64,000 nt of DNA from Minisyncoccota bacterium (GTDB lineage: Bacteria; Patescibacteriota; Minisyncoccia; Phycocordibacterales; CAIZLB01), in contig JAIPIA010000002.1 in NCBI GenBank assembly GCA_021734945.1, positions 194,829-258,828 on the forward strand, given 5' to 3'. How positions within the stretch are numbered: the stretch's first letter is position 1; the number at the start of each line of letters is the position of its first letter. Position numbers and translations under genes: made by a program. Shown one piece after another: positions 1 to 9,418 of this stretch. The notes under the pieces are model-generated. The model did no database searches and was not told where the DNA came from. It was given only the letters and a program-made list of their open reading frames with translations.

Positions 1-439
1 GCTACCTGTAGTTGATGCATGTATTGTTTCATTAGATCTAGACTGGCCAAAGATTCTTCCAAACCAACTAAACCATGGACGATTACTATTATTACCTCTC
101 TCTACGTTACCATTACTTTTAGTCTCAAATTCTCCTTTCGAATTGTAATTTGAGTTAGACTTTGTCTCCTCTCTTCTTTCTTCATTATCACGGTGCATAG
201 AAGATGAGGCTTCAAAATCTGATTTTGAATTAATATGAGCGTCTGAATCACCTAAATTAGATCTACCATGTATTTCTAATTCAGTATTATTTTTAAGTTC
301 AATATTACTCAGAACTGTTGTAGGGCCTAATAATGCAAATTTATGTGAATTGGAATCTGCATTTGCAGAAGCTGTTTGAAAACTCGAGAAGGCTACGACA
401 AGAAGGAATGCGGGGATGATGATTGTTTTGGTATTTTTC
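1..439 (-). CDS. Secreted protein, partial; N-terminus inside the window, rest runs off the window start
   Basis: Reverse-strand ATG at 437-439 followed by MKNTKTIIIPAFLLVVAFSSFQTASA, a signal-peptide-like N-terminus. The reading frame stays open to position 1. Confidence 0.4.
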
Positions 440-589
440 ATATAATTTATTTATTAAGGTTAATGCATGTAAATCTACTATGTAGCCTTATTACCCTATG
501 AGACGCCACAAGTTAATACCTCTTACCAAATACTGAATTGAATCAACTACCATTTTCATACTACTCAGTTATAAACCCCAACAAAAAAG

Positions 590-628
590 TGAGCGCTTTT
601 AAAAGTCAGCTCACTTTTTTGTTTTATC
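590..628. terminator. Bidirectional rho-independent terminator
   Basis: aaaaaAGTGAGCgcttttaaaagtcaGCTCACTttttt: 8-bp stem flanked by an A-run and a T-run, just downstream of the - strand gene 682..1341. Confidence 0.5.
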
Positions 629-681
629 AGTCAATTTTTCTTCATCGAACCTGTTTCTCAATACTCATCTCTCAGCACATG

Positions 682-1341
682 TTAGATAGCAGCAAAACTA
701 CCTTGAGTAGAAACAGAGACATTACCGGAAGCATCTGTTGACTGTGCAATGTAGTAATACATTACCCCTGGTGTTAAATCTGAAAGAGTTACAGTTTGAG
801 AGTTAGAGAAGTTCACACTCGCAGACGCATATGTTGAAGAAATTATAGGCGCAGCAAAACTGTGATTTGCTTCGTACGTCGCTAATGGTCGTGTGTCATA
901 GAACACTTTTGCAGAAGCTGCTTCATTTGTATTCCAACTTACAGTTGCTGAACGTGTCGCGAGTCTATTAACAACTGTTCCTGACATTTGTGGGGCGGAA
1001 ATATCAATACCCCTACCCGCTGCCATCACCTGATTCAATGTAGCCATTGTGAGAGGACCTACTCTACCAACATTTGGAAGATCATATGCAACCTGAAAAT
1101 TTTCTACAGCACGTTTAGTTAATTGACCAAAATATCCTGTCACCAATCCCTCTGGATAAATAGCTGGATTAGATGCAAGAAAGTTTTGTAAATTAGTTAC
1201 GTTCATACCGGATGAGCCAACTCCCATTTGAGATGAAATTGGTGCAGCTGCGAAAGCAACGCTGGTAGTTACAAACGAACATACTAGTATTAGTGAGAGC
1301 AAAAACAAACTTATTTTAGAATTCCATAATTTATTTTTCAT
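682..1341 (-). CDS. Secreted protein with a peptidoglycan-binding-like domain plus an Fn3/PAP-N-like beta domain
   Basis: Signal peptide MKNKLWNSKISLFLLSLILVCSFVTTSVAFA. The segment LQNFLASNPAIYPEGLVTGYFGQLTKRAVENFQ resembles the PG_binding_1 helix bundle. The C-terminal part is Ser/Thr-rich beta-like. Confidence 0.45.
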   Translation of the reverse strand: MKNKLWNSKISLFLLSLILVCSFVTTSVAFAAAPISSQMGVGSSGMNVTNLQNFLASNPAIYPEGLVTGYFGQLTKRAVENFQVAYDLPNVGRVGPLTMATLNQVMAAGRGIDISAPQMSGTVVNRLATRSATVSWNTNEAASAKVFYDTRPLATYEANHSFAAPIISSTYASASVNFSNSQTVTLSDLTPGVMYYYIAQSTDASGNVSVSTQGSFAAI

Positions 1342-1580
1342 AAGATATATTAGATTAGGGTTTAATAATCAATATTTGTTGTCATCATATTAATGACGAC
1401 CGACCTTTGCGACTATTAAGACGACACTTTAAATAGTTGCTTACCGGGAAATATAGAGTTACAGTTATAAGTAAGAAAGTTACTATCGAACTAGATACTA
1501 GGCCTAAATTACCTCGTTTTACTAGGTATATCTAGATATACTCACCCAGAAATAAGACTGAACTTTCTTCGTCTAATACT

Positions 1581-2096
1581 ATGGAAGACCTGCAAAACAA
1601 ATTTCTAGAAGCATACAATAGTTATTCAGAAGCAATATTTCGGTTCTGCTTTTTCAAACTGAATGACCGTGAACTTGCCAAGGATTTAATGCAGGATACT
1701 TTCGCAAAAGTATGGCTCACCTCTTCAAAGCAAGATATCCAAATACACAACATCAAGGCTCTCATTTATAAGATTGCAGGGAATTTAATTATTGATGAAT
1801 ATCGAAAGCGCGGGAGGAGAGATGTTGTGGCTTCCCTTGATGTGTTACATGAGGACGGTTTTGATCCATCATTTGACGACACAGACTCTGTCCGAAATAT
1901 AATAGACGGTAAGGAGGCTATAAACCTTATCTCGAAAATACGTGACCCTTACGGGGAATCTGTACTGATGAGATACGTTCAAGACTTGAGTATTTCTGAG
2001 ATAGCCGAAATTACCGGAGAGACAGAAAACACGATATCAGTAAGAATACATCGAGGAATATCTATACTTAAGAAACTCTACAATCATGAAAAATAA
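1581..2096 (+). CDS. ECF-type sigma-70 family RNA polymerase sigma factor
   Basis: Region-2-like DLMQDTFAKVWL and region-4 HTH LSISEIAEITGETENTISVRIHRGISILKKL. Length 171 aa. Confidence 0.7.
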   Translation: MEDLQNKFLEAYNSYSEAIFRFCFFKLNDRELAKDLMQDTFAKVWLTSSKQDIQIHNIKALIYKIAGNLIIDEYRKRGRRDVVASLDVLHEDGFDPSFDDTDSVRNIIDGKEAINLISKIRDPYGESVLMRYVQDLSISEIAEITGETENTISVRIHRGISILKKLYNHEK

Positions 2097-3282
2097 AGAA
2101 CAACATAACGAGATTGAAAATATTGAAATAAAAAATCCGCCAATTTTAACGGAAGAGATTAGCCACGTATTCGAAATAGCTTCTAAATTCAGTCTTACTG
2201 CCGAAGAGAAGTTAAAAGGCGAAAATGAATTTAGAACTCTTCTGGAGAAGGGCCTCCCTGTTGTTTCTGTCCCTAGTCCATATTCTCAATATATAATCTC
2301 AGCACAAAAGTTTTTTGAGGGGTTTAGTAAGCAATTTAATTCTCATAAAATATATGATTTTGCTTTAATAAACAAAAAGAAATTGTTTCAAATTGTGTTA
2401 ACTGCATGTTTTATTTTTGTGTGCGCAACAGGCACCACATACGCAGCAAATATGTCACTCCCAGGGGACCTTTTATACCCAATAAAAATAGGACTAAATG
2501 AACCTCTTGAAAGCATTTTTTCAATTAGCTCGGAAGCCAAAGCACAAGTTGCAGTTAGACACGCTGTCGAAAGAGTTAAAGAAGTAAGCAAATTGAGCAT
2601 GATGGACAAAATTAATCAAAATAATGAAATTAAACTTAGTGAGGCAATAGCTAAAAAGTCAGGAGAAGCAAGAGAAAGCATTATTAAGCTTGAAAGTACT
2701 GGCCACTTGAGCGCCGCAAATAATATCAGTGCCAATTTTGAGAATTCTGTAAATATATATAAAAAAGATATTGAAACTGTCTCAAGATTTAATTCTGAAT
2801 CAGGACATGGCGACACATTACAAAATGTACTTAATACTCTTAATGGAGAAATCCAAAAAATTTCGAAACCTCAGAATAAACAGAATGAAACTATAGATAC
2901 AAATACAGAAAGGAGTGAATATAATAAGAAGAACCCAAGATATAGAAATGACAAGAAATATAAACAAGACCGCACGTCAGATTATGAACACGCAAATATT
3001 AACAATCAGAATGGTGTTAATTTATTAATTCCAAGAAAAGAAGCTACTACTTCAGCACAGCCTGTTTACACAGGAGCACTACCCGCCACTTCCACAGAAG
3101 AAAAGTCTTCAGCAACAGAGATTCAGGTTTTAACTCCTGAGCACGTACAAATCCCTTCAACTTCAGCGGCATCTCAAATATCTGTTCCATCAACTCCAGT
3201 CCCCGACGTGTCTATACAAGTACAGGTACCTGTGTCTATCCCCTCAGTAGTCACACCAACAGTGCAAATCAATATTAAATAG
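2086..3282 (+). CDS. Putative anti-sigma factor: one TM helix, DUF5667-like domain, Pro/Ser/Thr/Val-rich tail
   Basis: Start overlaps the sigma-factor stop, suggesting translational coupling. TM segment LFQIVLTACFIFVCATG is followed by LPGDLLYPIKIGLNEPLE...VAVRHAVERVKE. The tail is low-complexity. Confidence 0.45.
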   Translation: MKNKEQHNEIENIEIKNPPILTEEISHVFEIASKFSLTAEEKLKGENEFRTLLEKGLPVVSVPSPYSQYIISAQKFFEGFSKQFNSHKIYDFALINKKKLFQIVLTACFIFVCATGTTYAANMSLPGDLLYPIKIGLNEPLESIFSISSEAKAQVAVRHAVERVKEVSKLSMMDKINQNNEIKLSEAIAKKSGEARESIIKLESTGHLSAANNISANFENSVNIYKKDIETVSRFNSESGHGDTLQNVLNTLNGEIQKISKPQNKQNETIDTNTERSEYNKKNPRYRNDKKYKQDRTSDYEHANINNQNGVNLLIPRKEATTSAQPVYTGALPATSTEEKSSATEIQVLTPEHVQIPSTSAASQISVPSTPVPDVSIQVQVPVSIPSVVTPTVQINIK

Positions 3283-3317
3283 ATATAAGAAGAAGAGAAT
3301 ACATTTCTAAAATGTTT

Positions 3318-4073
3318 TTAAATGGAAGCACTCCATACACTGTCAAACACAAACCTCTGTGTTTTTGCCATCTCAGCACTCTCGATAATAAGGGTAAATA
3401 TCTCCGTATCACTCATTGAAAAAATATAAATGCGATCTTTAATTATAAATTGGTCAGTCAGACCTGCCTTATTTTTATCATCAAGATACTTCACTTGGTG
3501 ATAGGGTCTCTTATTTTTACTAACACTGTCAACCCACTCTTTACTCTTAATTCCTCCAAAAATAATTTCTCTAATTTTATATTCCTTAAGATTTTTGAGC
3601 ACTCTGTTATATTCCTGCACTACCTCTGGAAATTTTTTTGATAAGAAGCCTATATTGCCCATCCAAAGGCCCTCTACTTCCTCTTGAAAAAGAACGTCAA
3701 ATGCTTCTTTATATGCTTGGCGTATTCCCTCTATACCCTCAAGCATTTGCACTTTTGGTTTACCTGATACAGATCCATATTTTGCAGTCAATTCAGGAAG
3801 AACATCATTAAACTGATTTTTTCTAAAATCCAAAATCTCACCTATTCGTTTTGGGTGGACAGCTGAATATACCTTTTTCTTTCCCTTTTTGATTTCTGAA
3901 ACAAGACCTAGTAATTGCAATTCATCGATAATGAGATACACCGTTGGACGCTTTAAAGATGCACGCTTTGCAACTTGAGTCATTTGTCCACTACCTAGTT
4001 CTAAAAGGGCGTTATAGACAACTGATTGCTTTTCAGTTAGCCCCAGCTTTTGAAGTATTAATTGATGTTCCAT
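3318..4073 (-). CDS. TrmB-family wHTH transcriptional regulator (paralog 1 of 8)
   Basis: N-terminus LGLTEKQSVVYNALLELGSGQMTQVAKRASLKRPTVYLIIDELQLLGLVSE matches the TrmB HTH signature. Divergent from the ABC operon at 4276..7626. Confidence 0.65.
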   Translation of the reverse strand: MEHQLILQKLGLTEKQSVVYNALLELGSGQMTQVAKRASLKRPTVYLIIDELQLLGLVSEIKKGKKKVYSAVHPKRIGEILDFRKNQFNDVLPELTAKYGSVSGKPKVQMLEGIEGIRQAYKEAFDVLFQEEVEGLWMGNIGFLSKKFPEVVQEYNRVLKNLKEYKIREIIFGGIKSKEWVDSVSKNKRPYHQVKYLDDKNKAGLTDQFIIKDRIYIFSMSDTEIFTLIIESAEMAKTQRFVFDSVWSASI

Positions 4074-4275
4074 GATTATATAGTAACAGAAGCAGGTATA
4101 TTATGTCAATATAACTGACGATATTTGTATATTATCTATATTTCCCCTTATATTTATATATATTGTTGATTTTATTATGAAATATATATTGACATATTTA
4201 ATATATCGTATTACAGTACTATAGATCGCTAAGTGAAATCTACAGAGGATTAAAATAATAACTTAATAAAAAAAT

Positions 4276-5289
4276 ATGAAAAAAATAATTATTACAACAA
4301 TTTGCATACTTATTCTAGGCTCTATTATCTATAGTTCATCAAACAGTCACAAGAATCCAACCGGAAACAAAGATGAATCTACTAAGAAACAAGAAGTTAC
4401 CATTGCAATGGTTACCTTCCCTGGTTATGGTCCGCTTTTTCTTGCAAAGGATAAGGGATTCTTTACTGATGTTGATGTAAATCTTGAAACTATTGAATCA
4501 CTGGGAGACATACGTGCTGCAGTAAATTCAGGAAATGCAGATGCATACATAGCAACATATGACATGTATCAATCAATAAAGGGACAAAAACCCTCAGGTA
4601 TAGGTTTTCTTGTTGTGGATGAATCACACGGAGGAGACGGTATAGTCGTATCAAAGAATATTAATTCGATAAAAGATTTTAAGGGTAAAAAAGTTGGTGC
4701 TGAACCTGGGTTTCCTCCTTACCTCATACTCCAGTATATGCTAAATAAAGAAGGTATGACCCTTAAAGATATTGATTTCAAAGATCTACCCACTACTGAT
4801 GCAGGCATTGCGTTTGTGGCAAACAAGCTTGATGCTGCGGCAATATTTGAACCTAGTCTCTCTGCAAGTTCTAAAGCAAGGTCCGACTCAAAAATACTTG
4901 TAACGAGTTCAGATCCTGAAATAAAAGGCCTTGTTCAAGATATCCTCTTTGCTAATGAGACATTTATTAAAGAACACCCAGAAGCGTTGACCAAAGTTGT
5001 TGAAGGGTATTTCAAAGCCCTCGAATACATAAAAACAAATCCGGAAGATGCATACACAATTATGGCTAAACACTTTAATGTGTCCCCTGCTGAAATGAAA
5101 GATTTTACTAGTGGTATTAGTTGGATTTCAAAAGAAGAGAATACTTCAATCTTCAATAAAAATTCAAATGTGAATGTATACAAAACATTTACATTGGTCG
5201 GAGATTTACTTGAAAAAAATGAAGAGACTGATGTACGCGTAAACTCATATGAAAAACTTACAGACTCTATTCTTAAAAATACAAAGTAA
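4276..5289 (+). CDS. ABC transporter substrate-binding protein, NMT1/SsuA/TauA (NitT/TauT) family
   Basis: N-terminal membrane anchor/signal MKKIIITTICILILGSIIYSS. NMT1-like fold (FPGYGPLFLAKDKGFF...GNADAYIATYDMY). Confidence 0.6.
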   Translation: MKKIIITTICILILGSIIYSSSNSHKNPTGNKDESTKKQEVTIAMVTFPGYGPLFLAKDKGFFTDVDVNLETIESLGDIRAAVNSGNADAYIATYDMYQSIKGQKPSGIGFLVVDESHGGDGIVVSKNINSIKDFKGKKVGAEPGFPPYLILQYMLNKEGMTLKDIDFKDLPTTDAGIAFVANKLDAAAIFEPSLSASSKARSDSKILVTSSDPEIKGLVQDILFANETFIKEHPEALTKVVEGYFKALEYIKTNPEDAYTIMAKHFNVSPAEMKDFTSGISWISKEENTSIFNKNSNVNVYKTFTLVGDLLEKNEETDVRVNSYEKLTDSILKNTK

Positions 5290-6067
5290 TATATCTTCGT
5301 CAAGAAAATGGCAAATTGATACCCACCGAAGTTCGACTTCTCTCTACCTGTCGATCCTTGTCTTGCTAGCAATATGGACTTTATTAACCTCCTCTCTCCA
5401 TCTCATTGATGCATTGTTCCTGCCATCCCCACTAGAGGTAATTAATTCATTCATAAAACTATTTACAGTAAATGATTTTGCTAAGGACATATTTGCCACC
5501 ACACTCCGTGTATTAGTTGCCTTCGTACTATCAATAGCATTTGCAATGCCATTCTCGATACTAGTTAATGAGTCTAAGACGACAAAAAAGATAGCATTAC
5601 CTTATATAGATTTCCTCCGGTATATACCTGTACCTATACTTATTCCACTCATGATTCTATTTTTTGGACTCGGTGAGAGCTCAAAAATAGCCCTCCTTTT
5701 CCTTGGGACCGTATTTCAACTTGTTCTCCTATTTATTCAGGATCTAGAAAATATTCCACAAGAATACGCTGATATGTCATTCACATTACATTTCACAAAA
5801 TTAAAAATTCTGACAACCAAGATACTCTCTGCATTGCCTAATATGTATGACAATACTCGAGTTTCTCTAAGTTTATGTTGGTCATATGTTATTTTTGCAG
5901 AACTTGTATCTGCACAGACTGGCATTGGACACATGATTAAGGACGCCCAGCGCTTCTCTAACACGGGAAATATTTATGCTGGAATTATAGTAATGGCTCT
6001 AATTGGCTTTGGGTCTGACTTTATTATGAGAAGACTATACACAGTTCTTTTCCCTTACAAATCATAA
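5249..6067 (+). CDS. ABC transporter permease (NitT/TauT family; BPD_transp_1)
   Basis: Multi-TM protein with the conserved EAA-like loop region. Its 5' end overlaps the SBP gene, so the true start may lie downstream of 5289. Confidence 0.55.
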   Translation: MKNLQTLFLKIQSNISSSRKWQIDTHRSSTSLYLSILVLLAIWTLLTSSLHLIDALFLPSPLEVINSFIKLFTVNDFAKDIFATTLRVLVAFVLSIAFAMPFSILVNESKTTKKIALPYIDFLRYIPVPILIPLMILFFGLGESSKIALLFLGTVFQLVLLFIQDLENIPQEYADMSFTLHFTKLKILTTKILSALPNMYDNTRVSLSLCWSYVIFAELVSAQTGIGHMIKDAQRFSNTGNIYAGIIVMALIGFGSDFIMRRLYTVLFPYKS

Positions 6068-7626
6068 TGAGCTATATAGAAATAAAAAAACTTAATAAAT
6101 CTTTTGCTTTAGATAATATATCAAGTATTCATTCACCTAAAAATGTTTTAAAGGATATTTCATTATCTATTGAAAAAGGAGAAATTGTATCACTTCTAGG
6201 CTCATCGGGTTGTGGTAAAACAACCCTGGCAAAATGTATCCTTGGTTTGGAAAAATATAATGGAGAGATTCTAATTGGTGGGGAAAATATCAATCAATAT
6301 CTCAAACACAATAGAATCGGATATGTACCTCAAAAATATGCAAATTTTGAGCACCTCACGGTATATCAAAACGCTCTTATTGCATTCGACAAACCATCTG
6401 AATCTGATAGAGAAAAAATTGACCACGCTTTGAAAGTCCTTGGAATATACAAATCTAAGGACATGTATCCCAAAGCTCTTTCAGGTGGAATGAAACAACG
6501 ACTAGCTATCGCCCGGGCATTATTAACTAACAGTGACATAATCGTATTTGACGAACCCCTTTCTGCGCTTGATATAGAAACAAAGCATCAAACGCAAGAA
6601 CTACTGCTTCAAATTTGGCAAGAGTATAATAAGACTTTTATTTTTATTACTCACGATATAGAGGAAGCATTATTTCTCTCTCATAAGGTAGTGATTCTCG
6701 AAACTAATCCAGGTAAAATACGTGAAGTAATTAGTAGTCCATTTGATTTTCCGAGAGTTTCCACTATTAGATATGAAAAAACATTCCAAGATATTAGAAA
6801 ATCTCTCTCATACATTATACGCTCTGAATCATTGAAAGGATTACTTTTTAGAGACTCACATGTTGAATCAACTACCAGTACAATAAGCAATTCAATTACA
6901 TTTGGTCTTTATGTATGGCCCGGGAATGCACCCTTCTACTATGCTGATGATAATGGGTGGCTTGGAGGAATGAATAAATCAATCAATCTGATATCTTTTT
7001 CTGACAACGCTCAAAAGAATGACTATTTCGAACAAGGAAAAATTGATGTACTTCATGTTACTCTAAACCAACTTGAAGATATACAGAAAAGACACAAAAA
7101 TATTTACGTGCTAGCAGAACTTGATAAGTCTTTTGGTGCGGATGGTATTGTCACTACCCTACCAATTAGAAATGTCTGTGAGTTAAAAGGTCAAAAAATT
7201 GCTGTCGAGAAAAATGAAGTCGGGCACTTCTTCTTAAAATATGTTTTGGCAAAAAATAATATGAATGAAGATGATATACAGATTGTAGACATGAAAACAG
7301 AAGAAATAGGAAGTGCCATTATTTCAAATAAAATTCAAACAGGTGTTCTTTGGGAACCATGGCTTTCTAAGGCTGTTGAACTTTCTGGCGCGACCATTCT
7401 TGCGGATACAATAATGTATGACGCTCCAATCGATAACATTTTAATCTGCAAAAAATCATTCTATCAGAATAATAAAATTGATTTAGATAAGGTAATTGAG
7501 CTTTTTAAGAGGGGTGCAAATGAATACAAATGTAACAAGGGAGCCTTTGCACACAAAACTGCACATATGGTTGGTATGACTGAAAATGAACTACTCAAAA
7601 CGCTTGCGAAGATATCTTTTAATTAG
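6067..7626 (+). CDS. ABC transporter ATP-binding protein fused to a C-terminal NMT1/SsuA-like periplasmic-binding-fold domain
   Basis: Walker A GSSGCGKTT, signature LSGGMKQRLAIARAL, Walker B IIVFDEPLSALD. Residues ~270-519 (FGLYVWPGNAPFYYADDNGW...) resemble an SBP fold and have no signal peptide. Confidence 0.6.
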   Translation: MSYIEIKKLNKSFALDNISSIHSPKNVLKDISLSIEKGEIVSLLGSSGCGKTTLAKCILGLEKYNGEILIGGENINQYLKHNRIGYVPQKYANFEHLTVYQNALIAFDKPSESDREKIDHALKVLGIYKSKDMYPKALSGGMKQRLAIARALLTNSDIIVFDEPLSALDIETKHQTQELLLQIWQEYNKTFIFITHDIEEALFLSHKVVILETNPGKIREVISSPFDFPRVSTIRYEKTFQDIRKSLSYIIRSESLKGLLFRDSHVESTTSTISNSITFGLYVWPGNAPFYYADDNGWLGGMNKSINLISFSDNAQKNDYFEQGKIDVLHVTLNQLEDIQKRHKNIYVLAELDKSFGADGIVTTLPIRNVCELKGQKIAVEKNEVGHFFLKYVLAKNNMNEDDIQIVDMKTEEIGSAIISNKIQTGVLWEPWLSKAVELSGATILADTIMYDAPIDNILICKKSFYQNNKIDLDKVIELFKRGANEYKCNKGAFAHKTAHMVGMTENELLKTLAKISFN

Positions 7627-7656
7627 TTCTTACATTTACGCCTTAATAATCTGCTA

Positions 7657-8145
7657 TTACTTTACCTCAGCGCTGTCTTTATGGTCATGCCCATTTTCAT
7701 GTCCGTGTACGTGTGGCTCATGAGCATCTTTATGATCCTTACCCACTGATGACTCCGCAGGCTTTGATTCTACTGATCCTGCTTCCGTCTTCTTTTCTCC
7801 ACGTCCAAAAACTTTTGCAAAGAAAAATAGATATATTAGCTCTAGTATCCCGAATGTATTTATAACCAAAAGTGCGACAAACCACCATTTTTCATTTCTC
7901 TTTGCAGCATGCCAAAGTGCATATCCTTTTATAGCGATAGTCCAAAGTAATGCCAAGAAAAACAATATAGACAGAACTGAAATAGTAAAAAGTGACACTG
8001 GTCCAAACCCGTCAAAACCTCCTCCAAAGTGATTTCCGAACATACTGCCGTGGTATCCTCTACCGTAACCCTCTGCCATCCATGTTCCTGATTGCATCAT
8101 ATGATTTTGCGAAATCACGTCGAGCGACTGAATCTGCTGATTCAT
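7657..8145 (-). CDS. Small membrane protein (DUF5652-like) with His-rich C-terminal tail
   Basis: Gly-rich N-terminus, two TM helices (WWFVALLVINTFGILELIYLFFFAK), tail HKDAHEPHVHGHENGHDHKD. Confidence 0.4.
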   Translation of the reverse strand: MNQQIQSLDVISQNHMMQSGTWMAEGYGRGYHGSMFGNHFGGGFDGFGPVSLFTISVLSILFFLALLWTIAIKGYALWHAAKRNEKWWFVALLVINTFGILELIYLFFFAKVFGRGEKKTEAGSVESKPAESSVGKDHKDAHEPHVHGHENGHDHKDSAEVK

Positions 8146-8220
8146 GTCGCGTCGAGGCTTCGTCCTATTGGACTCGACCTCTTAGCTCGACGCTTTTTCT
8201 GTTTTAATTAGTGTATTTAC
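8104..8220 (-). repeat. Leader repeat copy A: 5' UTR plus first codons of the DUF5652-like gene
   Basis: Reverse complement matches 14279..14372 at ~80% identity. A 29-nt block (aggtcgagtccaataggacgaagcctcga) is identical and contains stem GTCGAG/CTCGAC. Confidence 0.55.
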
Positions 8221-8310
8221 GAGTAATAGAGATATTATACACCTGCAAATTCAAGATTCAATAACAAACACTACGAGAATCTGTCCAGTTAAAATACAGT
8301 TCAAAAAAAC

Positions 8311-9312
8311 TTAAAAACCAAATATTTCAATTAATTCTCCCGAATAATAGAATTCATAAGCCAACCGCCCAAAAGTATATGTTTCCCCACCCACCGTTAC
8401 GATAGCTCCAGCCACCTTTGGATTATCTTTTGGTACGGATTTGCCAAACCCTAAGTTGAATATAGTAGCAACAATCTCAGGTCTATACGATAAGTCATAC
8501 CCTGCTTTTTTCCATTGTTCTATCACTTCTCGAGCAAAGAGAGCGGTATATAAATAAGAATAATAATGATCTTTTGAATCAGTAAGTCTTAAAAAGCGAA
8601 CTGAACTTGTACCATTGTTTGTTTCTTCACCCGGTGGTAAATCTAAAAGATGCTCATACTGTGGGCCTATATAATAAGAAGATGTTTTATCTTTCAGGTT
8701 CTTCTCTATTACTTCTGCAGTATCTTGTTTTACTCCGCTCACACCAAGTGAAAATTCTGACATCGTGCCGAGTATTTTGAGTGGCTCAAAGAATTTTTTG
8801 AATGATTCTCGGTCTGATGTAAAAAATCTAAGTTGCTCAGCAATCACGACGCCGACAAGCACACGCGGCGATATGCCCGCATCATATGCTGCTTTACGAA
8901 TAGTCTCACGATCTTTTGTAAGCGCAGCAGCAAGCACTTTCCACTCTTCACTATCTGCCCATGCAAAAGATGTATCTGGAAAAACTTTTTTCCGAGCACT
9001 CTTGATTCCATCCTTGAGGGAAAACTGCATTTCTGAAATAGCTTTCACTGAATCATCTTTTGTAAGACTTTCCGATGATGCATCTTTAAAAAATTGATTA
9101 CGCTGGTCTATTGAACCTCTCACTGTAAACAAATCAAGCTTCATACCAAAAAATACGACTATAAATAACACTCCCACAGCAGCTGATAAAGCTACTCCAA
9201 TTTCAAAAATGAAAGAAAAACGATTTTCCTTTAAAGTGTTGTATACACGATTTCGTATATGCGAATATGTATAAGATATTTTATAAAATATATTTTGAAT
9301 CAATTGAAACAT
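8311..9312 (-). CDS. Hypothetical membrane-anchored protein
   Basis: Long ORF with one N-terminal TM (FIFEIGVALSAAVGVLFIVVFFGM). No recognisable domain. Confidence 0.35.
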   Translation of the reverse strand: MFQLIQNIFYKISYTYSHIRNRVYNTLKENRFSFIFEIGVALSAAVGVLFIVVFFGMKLDLFTVRGSIDQRNQFFKDASSESLTKDDSVKAISEMQFSLKDGIKSARKKVFPDTSFAWADSEEWKVLAAALTKDRETIRKAAYDAGISPRVLVGVVIAEQLRFFTSDRESFKKFFEPLKILGTMSEFSLGVSGVKQDTAEVIEKNLKDKTSSYYIGPQYEHLLDLPPGEETNNGTSSVRFLRLTDSKDHYYSYLYTALFAREVIEQWKKAGYDLSYRPEIVATIFNLGFGKSVPKDNPKVAGAIVTVGGETYTFGRLAYEFYYSGELIEIFGF

Positions 9313-9418
9313 CGCTCTATATTGTGATTAAGCTATTGTATTTGGCACACACTCGTATATTGACGTCTAGTATGTATCTACATTTCCAACAAACACCAAT
9401 ATAGTATACTGAAAGCAT

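Noticed and set aside
538-741. 67-aa + strand ORF
   Set aside because: Overlaps the terminator hairpin and the 3' end of the - strand gene 682-1341. Low-complexity product, no start context. Likely spurious.
2388-2816. Antisense ORFs inside the anti-sigma gene
   Set aside because: Short, fully embedded in a longer gene with recognisable domains. Typical AT-rich antisense noise. The same applies to the many 60-110 aa antisense ORFs in the track (for example 16983-17363, 23253-23609, 34261-34605, 41073-41635, 61500-62051).
4095-4200. 12-bp inverted repeat (tattatgtcaata / tatattgacata) as a TrmB operator
   Set aside because: Each half contains a TTGACA -35 hexamer for one of the two divergent promoters. 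The symmetry is most simply explained by back-to-back promoters rather than a dedicated operator.
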